Assembly (NCBI GenBank): GCA_038087875.1
Contig: JAXLNO010001957.1
Coordinates: forward strand, 1,030 to 64,000
Length of the DNA stretch: 62,971 bases
Reading direction: 5' to 3'
Origin: Malacoraja senta
Lineage: Eukaryota
The notes under the pieces were generated by a model. That model saw only the letters and a program-made list of their open reading frames with translations. It made no database searches and was not told the origin of the DNA. A program made the translations under genes and the position numbers. The first letter of the stretch is position 1; each line of letters starts with the position of its first letter. Of this stretch, positions 1 through 13,856 are shown one piece after another.

Positions 1-590
1 GTGTGTGTGGGTGTATGTGAGTAGGTGAGTGAGTGTGTGTGTGTGTGTGTGTGTGGGTGTGTGTTGGGGGNNNNNNNNNNNNNNNNNNNNNNNNNNNNNN
101 NNNNNNNNNNNNNNNNNNNNNNNNNNNNNNNNNNNNNNNNNNNNNNNNNNNNNNNNNNNNNNNNNNNNNNNNNNNNNNNNNNNNNNNNNNNNNNNNNNNN
201 NNNNNNNNNNNNNNNNNNNNNNNNNNNNNNNNNNNNNNNNNNNNNNNNNNNNNNNNNNNNNNNNNNNNNNNNNNNNNNNNNNNNNNNNNNNNNNNNNNNN
301 NNNNNNNNNNNNNNNNNNNNNNNNNNNNNNNNNNNNNNNNNNNNNNNNNNNNNNNNNNNNNNNNNNNNNNNNNNNNNNNNNNNNNNNNNNNNNNNNNNNN
401 NNNNNNNNNNNNNNNNNNNNNNNNNNNNNNNNNNNNNNNNNNNNNNNNNNNNNNNNNNNNNNNNNNNNNNNNNNNNNNNNNNNNNNNNNNNNNNNNNNNN
501 NNNNNNNNNNNNNNNNNNNNNNNNNNNNNNNNNNNNNNNNNNGTGAGTGTGTGTCTGAGTGTATGTGTGTGTTAGTGGGAGGGTGAATTT
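1..590. repeat. (GT)n/(GA)n-rich simple repeat flanking an assembly gap (N 71-542)
   Basis: Direct GT/GAGT repeats on both sides of the N run. Confidence 0.9.
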
Positions 591-599
591 TATAAATGA

Positions 600-805
600 A
601 GTTAAAACCATTAGATCTGTTGAACTTGTTAACAGACTATTGACTTGGTAACCTGTTTCCAAATGTTTGTGTTAGCTTCAGAATACTATTAACAATTCCA
701 GCAACAGTAGCTTCTGCAGAGAGGTCATTTAGCAAACTCAAGCTGATTAAGGTCGACAATGTCTCATGAACGTCTTGTGGATTTGGCCAGGCTAAGTATT
801 CAAAG
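600..805 (+). mobile_element. hAT transposase C-terminal dimerisation-domain relic (Tip100/ZMYM1-like)
   Basis: Translates as PNVCVSFRILLTIPATVASAERSFSKLKLIK, then after a small deletion STMSHERLVDLARLSIQ. This matches the hAT C-terminal motif LTxPxTxASAERSFSxLKxIKxxLRSTMxxERL. Interrupted at ~805 by a retroposon; a likely continuation starts at ~1165. Confidence 0.8.
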
Positions 806-1165
806 TTAAAGTCAGTTTTATTCATCACATACACCCGAAGGTGCAGTGAAGTGAATTTGCCAGCAGTGATACATGTAAAAAGAACACACAATACACAATA
901 AAATTGAACACAAACACCCACTACAGCATTCTTCACTGTGGTGGAAGGCAACAAGTTTCAGCAAGTCCTCCATTGTTCACCCGTGTTCGGGGCCATAACC
1001 CCTCCGTAGTCGCCGCTAGGGACGGCCCGATGTACAAGGCCCTCTCGTCGGGATGATCCAAACTCCGACGTTGGGACGGACAAACACACTCTGCGGCTTG
1101 GAGGTCCCGACTCGGCACTTTCCTACTGGAGACCGCAGCTTCAGGATGTTATAGGCCACAGGCCA
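805..1165 (-). mobile_element. 5'-truncated GC-rich non-autonomous LINE-tailed retroposon (family copy 1)
   Basis: Shares the + strand block aaca(t/c)ccac..cag..ttc(c/t)tcactgtg(a/g)tggaaggc with copies at ~3600, 5722, 8550 and 19822; AAAGTT-type tail at the left end; CpG-rich body. Confidence 0.7.
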
Positions 1166-1260
1166 GCGGTTTTGCGGTTAAATATAAAAGGATGTTTCAA
1201 TGTGAATTCTTTCTCCTTATCTGTATTGTAGCATAAACAAAGATGTTCAAAACAAAGGTA

Positions 1261-1330
1261 GATAAAATGCTGGAGAAACTCAATGGGCGAGGCAGCATCT
1301 ATAGAGTGAAGGAAAACAAATGTGCTTGCT
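1261..1330 (-). repeat. Penelope-terminus-derived short repeat, degenerate
   Basis: aaaatgctggagaaactcaatgggcgaggcagcatct is the reverse complement of the terminus found 3' of the Penelope GIY-YIG at 5080-5215. Confidence 0.6.
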
Positions 1331-1620
1331 GATCCTTTTATGTTATTTATATTTATTTATATTTATCATGGAGGGTGTATAGGGACATAAGGCCTCAAAT
1401 GCAGAAAATCAACAGAGCGCCCCATCCCACCCCTCTCTCATCTTCCATACCCCTTTTTGCCGTGCCAGGCTACAGCTCATGGCATAAAACTGTAGCATAG
1501 TGGATAAAAACAGGATGACTAATGGAGAAGGGAAGGGGGCCCAAAAGAAACTTTGTACCCACTGATAAAATTCCTGTGAGGCCCTGCGTATACACGCACA
1601 AACAGTGTGTGTTGTGAACC

Positions 1621-3511
<1,891 letters not shown>

Positions 3512-3599
3512 CTCTAAAGCTTAAAACTAAAGGGGCTAATAAAGGCCACAAAGTGGCTTTAGTGAGTCGGATTACAGAAAATCCCACATCTTTTTCAAG

Positions 3600-4290
3600 G
3601 TTTCATGGTTAGTTTATTGTCACATATACCAATTAAGGTACATTGAAATGCAGACTACCATACACCGTACAAAAAGAAAGCAACAAGACACACAATAACG
3701 TAAAAGTTAACATAAACATCCACAACAGAGGAGCCCGCACGTTCCTCACTGTGATAGAAGGCAATAAAGTCTAATCTCCTTCCTCTTTATCTCCCACGGT
3801 CGGGGCAGTCAAACAATCTGCAGTCGGTGGTCGAAACCCCCGTTGAGGAATTGAAACTCCCGCGTCGGAGCGGTCGGAGCGGTCGAAACTCCTGCGGCTT
3901 GGAGGTCCCGGATGTTGGTCTCGACCGGGGACCGCGGGCTCCGCAATGTTAAAGTCTTGCAGGCTCTCACAGTTGGAGCCCTAAAGTCGATCCCCGACAG
4001 GGATTGCGAGCTCCATGATGGTAAGTCCACAGGCTCCTGCGATGGATCTCCCGGTCGATCTCTAGCAAAGGCCACCATTCCTCAATGTTAGGCCGCATTG
4101 TGGACGGAGATACGATACAGAAAATATCACATCTACGTCGAGGTAAGAGATTAGGAAAAGTTTCCCACAACTCCCCCAACCCCCACCCCCAAAACAAGCT
4201 AAAGAACACTAAAGAATATACATTTAACACGTACAAAACAGACACAAGGAAGGAAGGGACAGACATACTGTTGGCGAGGCAACCATTGCA
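3600..4290 (-). mobile_element. GC-rich non-autonomous LINE-tailed retroposon (copy 2, near full length)
   Basis: Same 3' block and tail as the other copies. Its 5' end (catactgttggcgaggcaaccatt on +) resembles cagctgctggcggggcagccatatt at 6513-6538. Confidence 0.7.
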
Positions 4291-4414
4291 GCAAAAGGTG
4301 GATTGCTTAAGGATATAGAAGGGAATATGTGCTTGGAGTTTGTGGATATAGGCGAGGTTTGGTTTCACCAAGGAAGACATGTAGAATAGTAAGGACCATT
4401 AATAGTAAGTACAT

Positions 4415-5217
4415 CATAAAATCCTCCAACATTTTTGCCACCTCCAACGGGATCCCACTACTGGTCACATCTTCCCATCTCCACCCCTTTCTGCTTTCCG
4501 CAGAGACCGTTCCCTCCGAAACTCCCTGGTCAACTCGTCCCTTCACACCCAAACCACCTGCTCTCCGGATACTTTCCCCTGCAACCGCAGGAGATGCAAC
4601 ACCTGTCCCTTTACGTCCCCCCTCGACTCCGTCCAAGGACCTAAAGTCTTTCCAGGTGAGGCAGAAGTTCACTTGCACCTCTTCCAACCTCATCTACTGT
4701 ATCCGCTGTTTCAGTTGTCAACTTCTCTACATCAGTGAGACCAAGCGCAGGCTCGACGATCGTTTTGCTGAACACTTCCCCTCAGTCCGTCTTACCCTAC
4801 CCGATCTCCCGGTGGCTCAGCACTTCAACTCCCCCTCCCATTCCCAATCTGACCTTTCTGTCCTGGGCCTCCTCCATTGTCAGAGTGAGGCCCAGCCCAA
4901 ATTGGAGGAACAGCACCCCATATTTCGCTTGGGTAGTCTATACTACAGCGGTATGAACATTGACTTCTATAACTTTCGATAGCCCTTGATTTCTCTCTCC
5001 ATCCCCTCCCCCTTCCCAATTCTGCCACCAGTCTTACTGTCTCCGCCGACATTCTATCTTTGTCCCTCCCCTGACATCAGTCTGAAGAAGGGTCTCGACC
5101 CAAAACAATGCCCATTCCATCTCTCCAGGGAAGCTGCCTGACCCGCTGAGTTACCCCAGCATTTTGTGCCTCTCTACGATTTTAACATCTGCAGCATCTG
5201 CAGTTCTTTCTTACACA
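4415..5217 (+). mobile_element. Penelope-like element 3' fragment: GIY-YIG endonuclease plus terminal repeat with a degenerate hammerhead core
   Basis: ORF end FTCTSSNLIYCIRCFSCQLLYISETKRRLDDRFAEH...LPVAQHFNSPSHS...EEQHPIFRLG...GMNIDF is a Penelope-type GIY-YIG (IY..YI(G/S)ET). Downstream is gtCTGAAGAagggtctcgacccAAAAc at 5080-5106. Confidence 0.88.
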
Positions 5218-5544
5218 TGGAGAATCAATGTGGAGAATGCTAACATGCAGGGACACTTTGAAGTTAAGTAAGAAGGAGATGTTGGATCACTTGAAGAGAA
5301 ATGTGGATAAATCCCCAGGACAGAGGGGGTGTAGTGGATGATAATAATAATCGTTGAAAACATTAGTGCCGTGCTGGTTTCCAACGGGCACGGTGACGGA
5401 CGCACCACACATCTCTGTCCTCCATGCAGCTGGCAAGCTCCTCTTTTGTCTCTACACATGCGTCTTCCATCAACGTCTTCAACATCGTCTTGAATGGCCA
5501 TCCTGGGTCAAGTCTTCCATGGGTGGAAGACGCATGCCAGCAAA

Positions 5545-6990
5545 CAGGCATGTCTGGCATTTAACGAGCATTGATGTATATATTGTAGACTTTCGTCCCA
5601 AATATCTTTCGTTATGGGTTGGCCTAATTCATTTTCCCATGTGTGTCTATATAAATCCGTCGGCGGGACCTCACTATCTAAGAGGGTATTATAAATATGA
5701 GATATTAATTTTTCTGTATTAAGATTCAAGATTCAAGATTCAAGAAGTTTATTGCCATGTCAACTGAGTTGATAGGAATTTGACTTGCCATGCAGCACAC
5801 AAATAAAGATTACAACAAAGAATTTAACAGTAAACATAAAAACATCCCCCCACAATGGTTCCCACTGTGGGGGAAGGCAGCAAAGTCCAGTCCCATCCCC
5901 AGTTCACCCATAGTCGGGGCCTATTGAGGCCTCTGCAGTCGCCGCTACGGCAGCCCGATGCCTCAGGCCCTCTCGCCGGATGATGAAGCTCCGGCGTCGG
6001 GTGAACACTCTCAGCGGCCCGGAGTGTCTGGAGCGGCTGCCTCCTCCCAGTAGACCGCGGCTCCCGAAGTCCACGAGCCGCGCTGGTCGATGCCCCGACT
6101 CTGTCGACCTCGTCGTCAGATCCCAGGCTCCGCGGTGTTCCAAGCTCAGCGCCGCTGGAAGCTCCACTGACCGCAGACCGCAGCTCTGCGATGTTAGTGC
6201 CGGCCGTCACAGCACTCCGGAGCTTAGTGCACGGCGACCCGGGTTAGGCATCGCCCGCTCCGCGATGGTGCTTCAGCGCTGTGCCGCCGCCGAAGCTGAA
6301 GTCCTGGCCGGTCCCGGCAGGAAAACGCCGCTCCAGCCTGCCCGTAGGCCGCGAGGAAGGGGCGAAGATACGGCTCGGAGAAAAGCCGCATCTCCGACCA
6401 GGTAGGGACTGTGAAAATAGTTTCCCCCTAACCCCCCCCCCACATAAAAAGACTAAAAGATCTCCAACCAACACTCTCAACTAACTAAAAATAAAAAAAG
6501 AGTGAAAAAACTAACAGCTGCTGGCGGGGCAGCCATATTCGACGGCACCCCCTGTTGATGTTATTACGATGTTTATTCAAACATTCATCAAGGATTTCTG
6601 GTTCCCTAGTTCTGTAATCTTGTGTATTTGATTTAATGTAATCTCTAATTTGTAAATATCTGAAAAAGTTATTTGAGTGTGGTCCGTAAATCTGTTGTAA
6701 CCCCTGAAATTAAAGAAAAGTGCCTTTCCTATAAAGATGTCCCATCTTTTTAATTCCTTAATTTTTCCATTGTGTAAAGCCTTTATCCAACATGGAGGGT
6801 TTGAATAAAGGGTTGTTTATAATGGGGAGACAGAGTGATAAATTATCCAATTTTAAAGTCTTTTTTAATTGTTTCCAAATTCGTATACCACTATATATTA
6901 TAGAATTTTCACTATAGGTTTTTTAATGCAATTTTGTGGGAGCAAACATAATCGAACCAATTTCAAAAGGCAAACAGTCTTTCACTATTT
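5545..6990 (-). mobile_element. L1-clade ORF2 C-terminal fragment (same family as the 24097-30575 element), split by the 5722-6562 insertion
   Basis: DCLPFEIGS and TEKLISHIYNTLLDS..WDESLQYIHQCSLNARH match DCLPFDIGS and TEKLISYIYNILLDS..WEESLQHIHQCSLNARH in the full-length L1. Confidence 0.85.
5722..6562 (-). mobile_element. GC-rich non-autonomous LINE-tailed retroposon (copy 3, ~840 bp, apparently full length)
   Basis: (GATTCAA)n tail on +, i.e. AATAAA followed by (CTTGAAT)n on -. Flanked by a TATTA duplication and inserted cleanly in an L1 ORF2 fragment. 5' end reads GGGGGTGCCGTCGAATATGGCTGCCCCGCCAGCAGCTG. No recognisable protein domain. Confidence 0.8.
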
Positions 6991-7550
6991 TGTATGACTC
7001 AATGAGGTCCCCCCTTATTCTTCTAAACTCCAGCGAGTACAGGCCCACTGCCATCAAATGGTCATCATATGTTAACCCATTCATTCCTGGGATCATTCTT
7101 GTACACCTCCTCTGGACACTCTCCAGAGCCAGCACATCCTTCCTCAGATATGGTGCCCAAAATTGCTCACAATGCTCCAAATGTGGCCTGACCGGCGCCT
7201 TATAGAACCTCAGCATTACATCCCTGTTTGACAGGGAGAAAGTGTAATTGATGTATTTCATATTAGTTAACCATGGATTTTCTTGACCACAGTTGACAGC
7301 CCCTAATGGGATTGCATGTCTATCACACATCTCAAAAGAGCACAGCATTAAGCTTCGAAGGGCAAAATTTACACGAGTTGTGCAGGTCAAGTGTTTTTTT
7401 GCACAGAGAGAGCTTGATACCTAGAATGCGCTACCAGGAGTGGTGGTAGAGGAAGACATGATAATGGTGCTTAAGAAGGTTTTGGACAGGCTTGTGAATG
7501 TGCAGCGAATACAAGGATATGGATCACATGCAGGCAGTGGAAATCAGTTT
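6990..7550. mobile_element. CR1/HER1-type LINE 3' fragments in opposite orientations
   Basis: Minus strand: YKAPVRPHLEHCEQFWAPYLRKDVLALESVQRRCTRMIPGM..LEFRRIRGDLIESYKI (CR1 RT C-terminus). Plus strand 7360-7550: CR1 3' tail-like sequence. Confidence 0.8.
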
Positions 7551-7552
7551 TG

Positions 7553-7848
7553 GTTTAGTTTAGAGATAGAGTATGGAAACAGGATCTTTGGGCCACTGAG
7601 TCTGCACTGACCAGCAATTGCCCATTCACTATTTTTGTCCTACAAGCTAGGGACAATTTACAGAAGCCAATTAACCTACAAACCTGCACGTCTTTTGTAT
7701 TTGGGAGGAAACCGTAGCCCCCAGAGAAAACCCACAGGGTGACAGAGAGAACGTACAAACTCCGTCCAGACAGCACTCTAGTCAGGATCGAACCCGGGTC
7801 TCTAATGCTGTAAGACAGCCATTCTATCACTGTGCCACTGTGTTGCCT
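7553..7848 (-). repeat. HE1/V-SINE-like tRNA-derived SINE
   Basis: tRNA-like head with B box (GGTTCGATCC on -), central GTTTGTACGTTCTC..GGTTT(C)CTCCC block, and a CR1-like GGCCC..CCTGTTTCC tail ending in (CTAAA)n. Confidence 0.85.
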
Positions 7849-8079
7849 CAGTTTAACTTGGTATCCTGTTCGACATGGACATTGCAGGCTGAAAGTCCTG
7901 TTCTTGTACTGTTCTATGTTCTATATATTCTCATTGGACAGGGCAGAGTTTTTCACTCCTCCAGCCTCCATGTTGAATACTTACTCCCAGTTTAAATCTG
8001 ATTCAATTAGTCAATCCATTTCTCCCCCCCCCCCTCCTGCCCTGATCCCCATTCTATATCTTGAAGTAGTCATTCCCTT

Positions 8080-8450
8080 TTTCGCTCCCTGGTCTGTCTA
8101 CTATCCCCACAACTTTCCTCTACTTTCCTGTCTTGGTGCATGCAACATCTATCCATTTACCTCTTCCCTTCCTACTGTCCATAGACCCAGGCAGTTCTTC
8201 AAAGTGAAACAGCGTGAAACACTTGCACTTCAAGTCAAATCTACTGCATTTGGTTTTCATGACGTAATCTTCCACATCGCATCAATGAAACAAATTGAGT
8301 GGCTGCGTTCTGGAGAACCCGCATTCAATCCATGGGACTTTCTAAGATTCCTAATTCCTGCCACTTTAATTCTCCATTCAACACCCACCATGATCCATCC
8401 ATCTGTACCTCTTACACTAGGATAACAAGGGTGAAAGTAACCTTGAGGAC
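8080..8450 (+). mobile_element. Old Penelope-like GIY-YIG remnant
   Basis: Degenerate similarity to 4560-4900 (ttcaaagtgaaacag...cacttgcacttc). Low identity, by eye only. Confidence 0.45.
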
Positions 8451-8549
8451 CAACAACTCAGCTTCTACCTTGACATGTTGCAGCCTTTCACACTCAATTC
8501 CACGTTCAACAAGTTGTATTCCCTGTCGATAAAAGAACTGGTCATTTCA

Positions 8550-9055
8550 TAAGTTCATGTTCATTTATTGTCACATACACCAATTGGTGTAGTAAAATTC
8601 ACTAGCCAGGTCAGTCATACAATTTAAAAAAGCAACAGACTCAAAAACACATTTTGACATAAACATCCATCATAGTGACTCCTACACATTCCTCACTGTG
8701 ATGGAAGGCGAAAATAAAGTTCCAAGTCCTTCCCTTGTTGTTCTTCCTTGGTCGGGGGCCTCGAGCCCCCCGTTGAACGGACGGTCTTGAGTCCCGTAGC
8801 CGGCGGCGTTCGGGCCCTCCGCGTCGAGGTGATCAGCTCCCGCATCGGGGGGATTGTCAGCTCCCCTGCGCCGGGCGATCGAACCTCGCGTCGGGGCTGG
8901 ACGAACCTTCTGTGGCGTTGGAGCTCCCGACTAGCCTCTCCCGAGACTGGGAGCCCTTGATGGTAAGTTCGCAGGCCGCGTTGGGAGCGATCCCAGGCAA
9001 GGGATCCGCTCCGATGGTAAGTCCACGCCCCGTGGTGGGGCTCACGACGGTCCTT
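8550..9055 (-). mobile_element. GC-rich non-autonomous LINE-tailed retroposon (copy 4, 5'-truncated)
   Basis: Shared aacatcc..ttcctcactgtgatggaaggc..aataaag block, GTTCAT-type tail, CpG-rich body. Confidence 0.7.
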
Positions 9056-10074
9056 TTCAACTGTTAAGTTGAAGTCAGAAAGAACAGATGCAAGAAGTAT
9101 GAAGAAGGACACCAAGCTGAAACATTACGTAACCATGTCTTCCAGATGCTGCCTGAGCCACTGAGTTACACCTGCACGTTTTTGTGTTTTTTTTAAATTA
9201 CAGTAAAGTTATCCACCTGCAAAATCAGGACAGCCTGACCTACTTGAGTACTGCAGTATGTGCTGCATTTTATATAACTCTGTTTAGTTTCATGCATGCA
9301 GAGATGCAGTGAAATGGTTTGGATGGAACAGCAGATGCTGGACACCCCGTCCCTTCTCTCCAGAGATGCTGCCTGTCCCGCTGAGTTACTCCAGCTTTTT
9401 GTGTCTGTCTGCAGTGAAATGGTTGTTCTGCATTCTCCCCAGTCAAGTCATACTGTACATAAGTACAATTCGTCCTCTTCTGGAACAGCACGCAGAGATC
9501 CACCACATTCCAGGACTATCTTGCAGCTTCCAAGTCTCTGAGAAGTCTGATTTTGCCCTAAGGAAATACCCAATTTCACATTTTCTCATGTTAAGGCCCA
9601 GTGTCATAACAGCACTGGATTGATGAAGTAGAGGCGCCTGCCTCAGTTTAAGTTTTTCTGTTTCAAGATTGTGATCAAACCCTCGTCACTGGAACTGTGT
9701 CGCAGTGCCACCCATTACGTATCAGTCCCAATTATCTTTCAACATGCTGGAATCACTTGTTTTTTATCCTTTTTAGACTTTTTTCATGAATTGTTCAGCT
9801 TAAACAGTTATGCTACAGCAGTTAAGCGCAGCTACCACTTAGTTCCAGAGACGTAACAACACAAGAGATAGTGTTGGAAGAATGATCAAACTCACACATA
9901 GTGGTTAGAATCCATAGTCTTTTATTAGTAACTCTGCAGAGGAAACACAAGGTGCTTTCTTCTCAGCATGCTTACTACCAGTCTACCAGAGAGAGAGAGA
10001 GAGCTGTCTAATAAGCCTGTGGGCGGAGCCACAGTATGAGTGACACTAATCTACAGATAGGCACAGGGATAAGT

Positions 10075-10390
10075 TTCGGTTTATTATTGTCACGTTTAGT
10101 TTCGAGGTACAGCATGAAAATAGGCCTTTTGGCCCACTGAACCTGTGCTGACTAACGACCACCCAAATATTAGTTCTATCCTACACACTAGGGACAATTT
10201 ACAGAAGCCAAAAAACTTACAAACCTGCACGTCTTTGAATGTGACGGAACTGTAGCACCCGGAGATAACTCACATGGTCACAGGGAGAATGTATGAACTC
10301 TATATAGACAGCACCCATTGTCAGGATTGAACTTTGGTCTGTGGTACTGTAAGGCAGCAACTTTCCCTCTGCGCCACTGTGCTGCCCATG
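10075..10390 (-). repeat. HE1/V-SINE-like SINE
   Basis: Same head, core and tail as 7553-7848. Confidence 0.8.
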
Positions 10391-10554
10391 TACTGAGGTA
10401 GAGTGTAAAGCTTTGTTTTGCATGCTATCCAATTGGATGAGGTAACAAAATACATATATATGACCATCAAACTCAAGTACTGTAGGTAGAGCAAAGGGGA
10501 AGGTACAGAGTGTGGCATGTAGTTCTCAGCAATGTAGCACAGCAGTTCCATTAG

Positions 10555-10682
10555 ATAAGTGTTTCGACACGAAACGTGACACATTCCTTCTCTCCAGAGA
10601 TGCTGCCTGACCCGTTGAGTTACTCTAGCATTTTGTGTCTATCTGCGGTTTAAACCAGCATCTACAGTTCCTCCCTACATAG
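10555..10682 (+). repeat. Penelope-terminus-derived short repeat
   Basis: gtgtttcgacacGAAACGTGacacattcc..ccagagatgctgcctgacccgttgagttactctagcattttgtgtct..cagttcctccctaca, the same unit as 5080-5217. Confidence 0.75.
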
Positions 10683-11690
10683 TTCTATAAACAAAGTCCA
10701 CTGTCTTTAATGGGGTAGTGGTCAATTGGACAGTACCCTAGCTTATGGAACGATCATTCAGAAGCCTGATTTTCTCCTCGGTTATCAAGTTTCCGAGTAA
10801 GCCATTTGGTCTTCTAACCTGCCCACCATTCAATATGACCATGGCTGACGTTCCTCAGGCATCAACTCCTGTTCGATGTCAGTTCCTCATTGCACTCAGT
10901 TCTCCAATTTAAGTTTAATTAAGTTAACTACCGCCACATTAAATGCTTCCAATGATTTTGTCTTCACAAATCTCTGGCGCCAGAGAATGACCACACTCTG
11001 CAAAAAGAGATTTTGTAAACAAATGACTGGTCTCTTTTATCTCTTATTGAAGAGGAGTGAAAATACTGCCAATTTTAAGCTTGTCCCCTCCCCAATTGAC
11101 CCTCATTTCGTAACTTGTCAATTATTTATTATTGTCAATAATATGCCCTAGTGAAAAGATTTGCCGATGGTATTAGTTTATTATTGTCACATGAACTGTG
11201 ATATAGTCAAAAGTTTGTCTGTGTGTTATCCAATCAGATCATACTACACATGTGCAATCAAGCCATCCACAAGTAGAACAGTGCAAAGAGAAAAATTCTC
11301 AGAGTGCAGAATATCGGGTTACAATATCATAGCATTACAGTTACAGAGAAATTGCAGATCAAAAAGAGTTGCAAGGATCACAATGAGATTGGTTGGAAGA
11401 TCAGGGCAACATCTTATCTTACATGAGAACCATTCAGTAGTCCAATAACAGTGGGGAAGAAGCTGTTCCTGAATTTAATGGTACGTACTTTCAAACTTTC
11501 TTGTGTACTGTCTTAACAGGGAGCGTGCGATCCCTTTTAAACCACGTGGTTGGTTGATGGTGCCGAAAGAGGCAAAATGGGGCAGATGTGGACAGTAACT
11601 TGGTTGTTGTAGTGGACTGAAGAATATTTTGTGGTGGGTGACTGTGCAAGTTTTACTGAAGATGAAAATAACCATCTTACTGTCTTGTAG

Positions 11691-11957
11691 TTTCCCCTGA
11701 GGTCACTCTCGCTGCCCGCCCTGATGATCATTCAGTCCTGTACTGCACTGTGTTTGGATTTTACCCACCGGCCATCAATGTCAGCTGGTTGCAGAATGGT
11801 CAACATGTCTCTGAGACCAAATCTTCTGGGGTCATACCCAACAACGATGGAACATATCATCTAAGGTCTGTCCTTGAGTATGATCCGTATGATGGGAAAC
11901 AGTATTCCTGTCATGTCGATCACAGCAGCCTGCCCGGTGGGAAGACCATCATCTGGG
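11691..11957 (+). CDS. MHC class I-like heavy chain, alpha3 (Ig C1) exon
   Basis: tgtcttgtag|...TGGG|gtaag, 267 nt, phase 1/1. Translation SPEVTLAARPDDHSVLYCTVFGFYPPAINVSWLQNGQHVSETKSSGVIPNNDGTYHLRSVLEYDPYDGKQYSCHVDHSSLPGGKTIIW has the C1-set motifs C-x3-GFYP, W, PNxDGTY and YSCHVDHSSL. PNxDG (not the class II beta NGDW) and the Gly-poor TM favour class I. Confidence 0.9.
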
Positions 11958-12289
11958 GTAAGAACGTTAAATATTCTTTCATAGATAATCATTATCTTCT
12001 GTTGTTTCCATTTTAATCATCATGAATACATCCCATATTCCAAGATGCTTAAACTTTCTTTGTTTAGTGGTGTTGCTCTAAGTAATCACGTAATCAGCAC
12101 CCACTCTCCACATGAGCAGAAGACTTTGTCAACAGAACATTTATCAAAAGTAAATAAATAACTAATATATAAGGAAGGAGTATTTGAGTTTCTCAGTGGT
12201 GGAACTGAAATCTATGAAAGGTATGTTTAAATAAAAAATGAATCTTTCCTCATGATGTGATTAACAACAAGGCACTGGGGGAGTACATG

Positions 12290-12910
12290 CCCCAATCTGA
12301 ATCAATGGTCCAAAGTGGAAATGATTGAGAGCTTCATGTTCCTTGGCATGAATTTATCCAATATTCTGTAAAGGACTGACCACATAGCCAAGGAGGCACA
12401 CCGACACCTCTACTTCCTCAGGAGACTGAGAATATTCATCATGTCTCTGGTGACTCTAGCAAACATCTATAGATGCCGCTAGAGAAAGCATGTTGTTGGG
12501 TTGCATCACATCTTGATTTGGGAACTGCACTGCCCAAGACTGCAAGAATATACAAAGAGTTAAAGATCATCACACAGGCCAGACTTCCCACTATTGGCTC
12601 AATCTACACTAGGTTGCCTTGGAAAACGAGACTTATCCCAACCTTCCTCCTTCTTGCTCCCATCAGGCATTAGGTACAGAAAGTTGAAAATATGCACTGC
12701 CAGACTCAGGAACACCCCCTTTCCACCTGTTAACAGGCTTCGGAAGGGTCCTTCCATAATGTAGGTTTAATGCCCGATTCACCTCAACCTCATTGAACAT
12801 TGAACATTGTCCATGGAACTGATGTGTTACAATGCTGAGAACTATATTCTGTACTCTGTATCCTCCTCTTTGCTCTATCTATTGTTTTTGAGTTTGTATT
12901 TATGTATAGT
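12290..12910 (+). mobile_element. Rex1/L2-type LINE 3' fragment, degenerate
   Basis: gaggcacaccgacacctctacttcctcaggagactgaga reads as a degenerate KAxQRLYFLRRL motif, as in the 53790-55140 element; LINE-like 3' tail follows. Confidence 0.65.
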
Positions 12911-13856
12911 TTTATAATTTGTTTGGATAGCATACAAAACAAACTTTGCTCATATTTTGAAACATCTGGCGTTAATAAAACTAAACCTAATGAAGTAAGT
13001 TCCATGACGCAAGTTACAGATTCAGCAACGAAAAATATAACTGCCTGACAAACAGCGATCGTAGAAGTTTGATTCCAAGTATGCTGCACTAACCTACACA
13101 AATGCTCACTTTTGAAGATTCCCTCGAACAATGCACAACTAAGGAATCTGATGTTTCACTCTGAAGACTGTTGACATACCCCAGAACTTAATTTCCAACC
13201 TATCTATGTATCATCAGCAATCTAGGCTACAGCGCCACCAGTCCCTTCATCTGCTCTTAATACCAACGATAAGTAGTTCACTTTCTTGCATTGATTCCCA
13301 ACCTGCAGTTGCAGTTTCCCAACCAGAACACTCCTTTAAGACAACTCTCTGCTTGCTCTTAATTGTTTTTCCATTCATGCTAATTATTACCCCCAATGTC
13401 ATAAGCCATGTGCCTTTGCATCACTTGATCAGATATCTTATGAAAATCCAGATATTGTGGCGACATCTGGTGGTCAGGCCACTTATTGCTAGAACCCTCG
13501 TCAGGGGAGCTGGGACTATCACGTGAGTGACAGGGTTTTGGTGGGAGTTGGTGATGAGTTAATCGCCAGTCAACTGGTGTGCCCGATAACAACGGCAGGA
13601 ACTTTGCTCAAGTCCTTACTAAACGCGAGTGGGCCAAAACTGTATTTCTTTAAAAAAACATTGATTTGTTCACGACGTTTGGATCTCTACAATATATTGT
13701 ATTTCTTTTGTTTCTCATTCCAATTTTGTTACCTATTCTGCTTTTCCATCATTTTGTTTATGAATTTTAGGCTTTTCACACCTGCTGCTCGAATATACAT
13801 TGTCTACGGGTTCCTGTTGCATTTTCAAAGAGTTCTAATCAATTTCTCAAACAAAG

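Noticed and set aside
25-586. ORFs spanning N runs (also 55506-56114, 57505-58198, 59010-59538, 61040-61879)
   Set aside because: Artefacts of assembly gaps and dinucleotide repeats.
1330-1620. 5' TIR of the Buster element
   Set aside because: No CAGTGGTTC-like sequence or matching TSD was found, so the left end is left undefined.
5824-6484. GC-rich ORFs of 120-140 aa (also 3809-4078 and 8693-9115)
   Set aside because: Stop-poor frames in the GC-rich retroposon; not conserved between copies and no domain.
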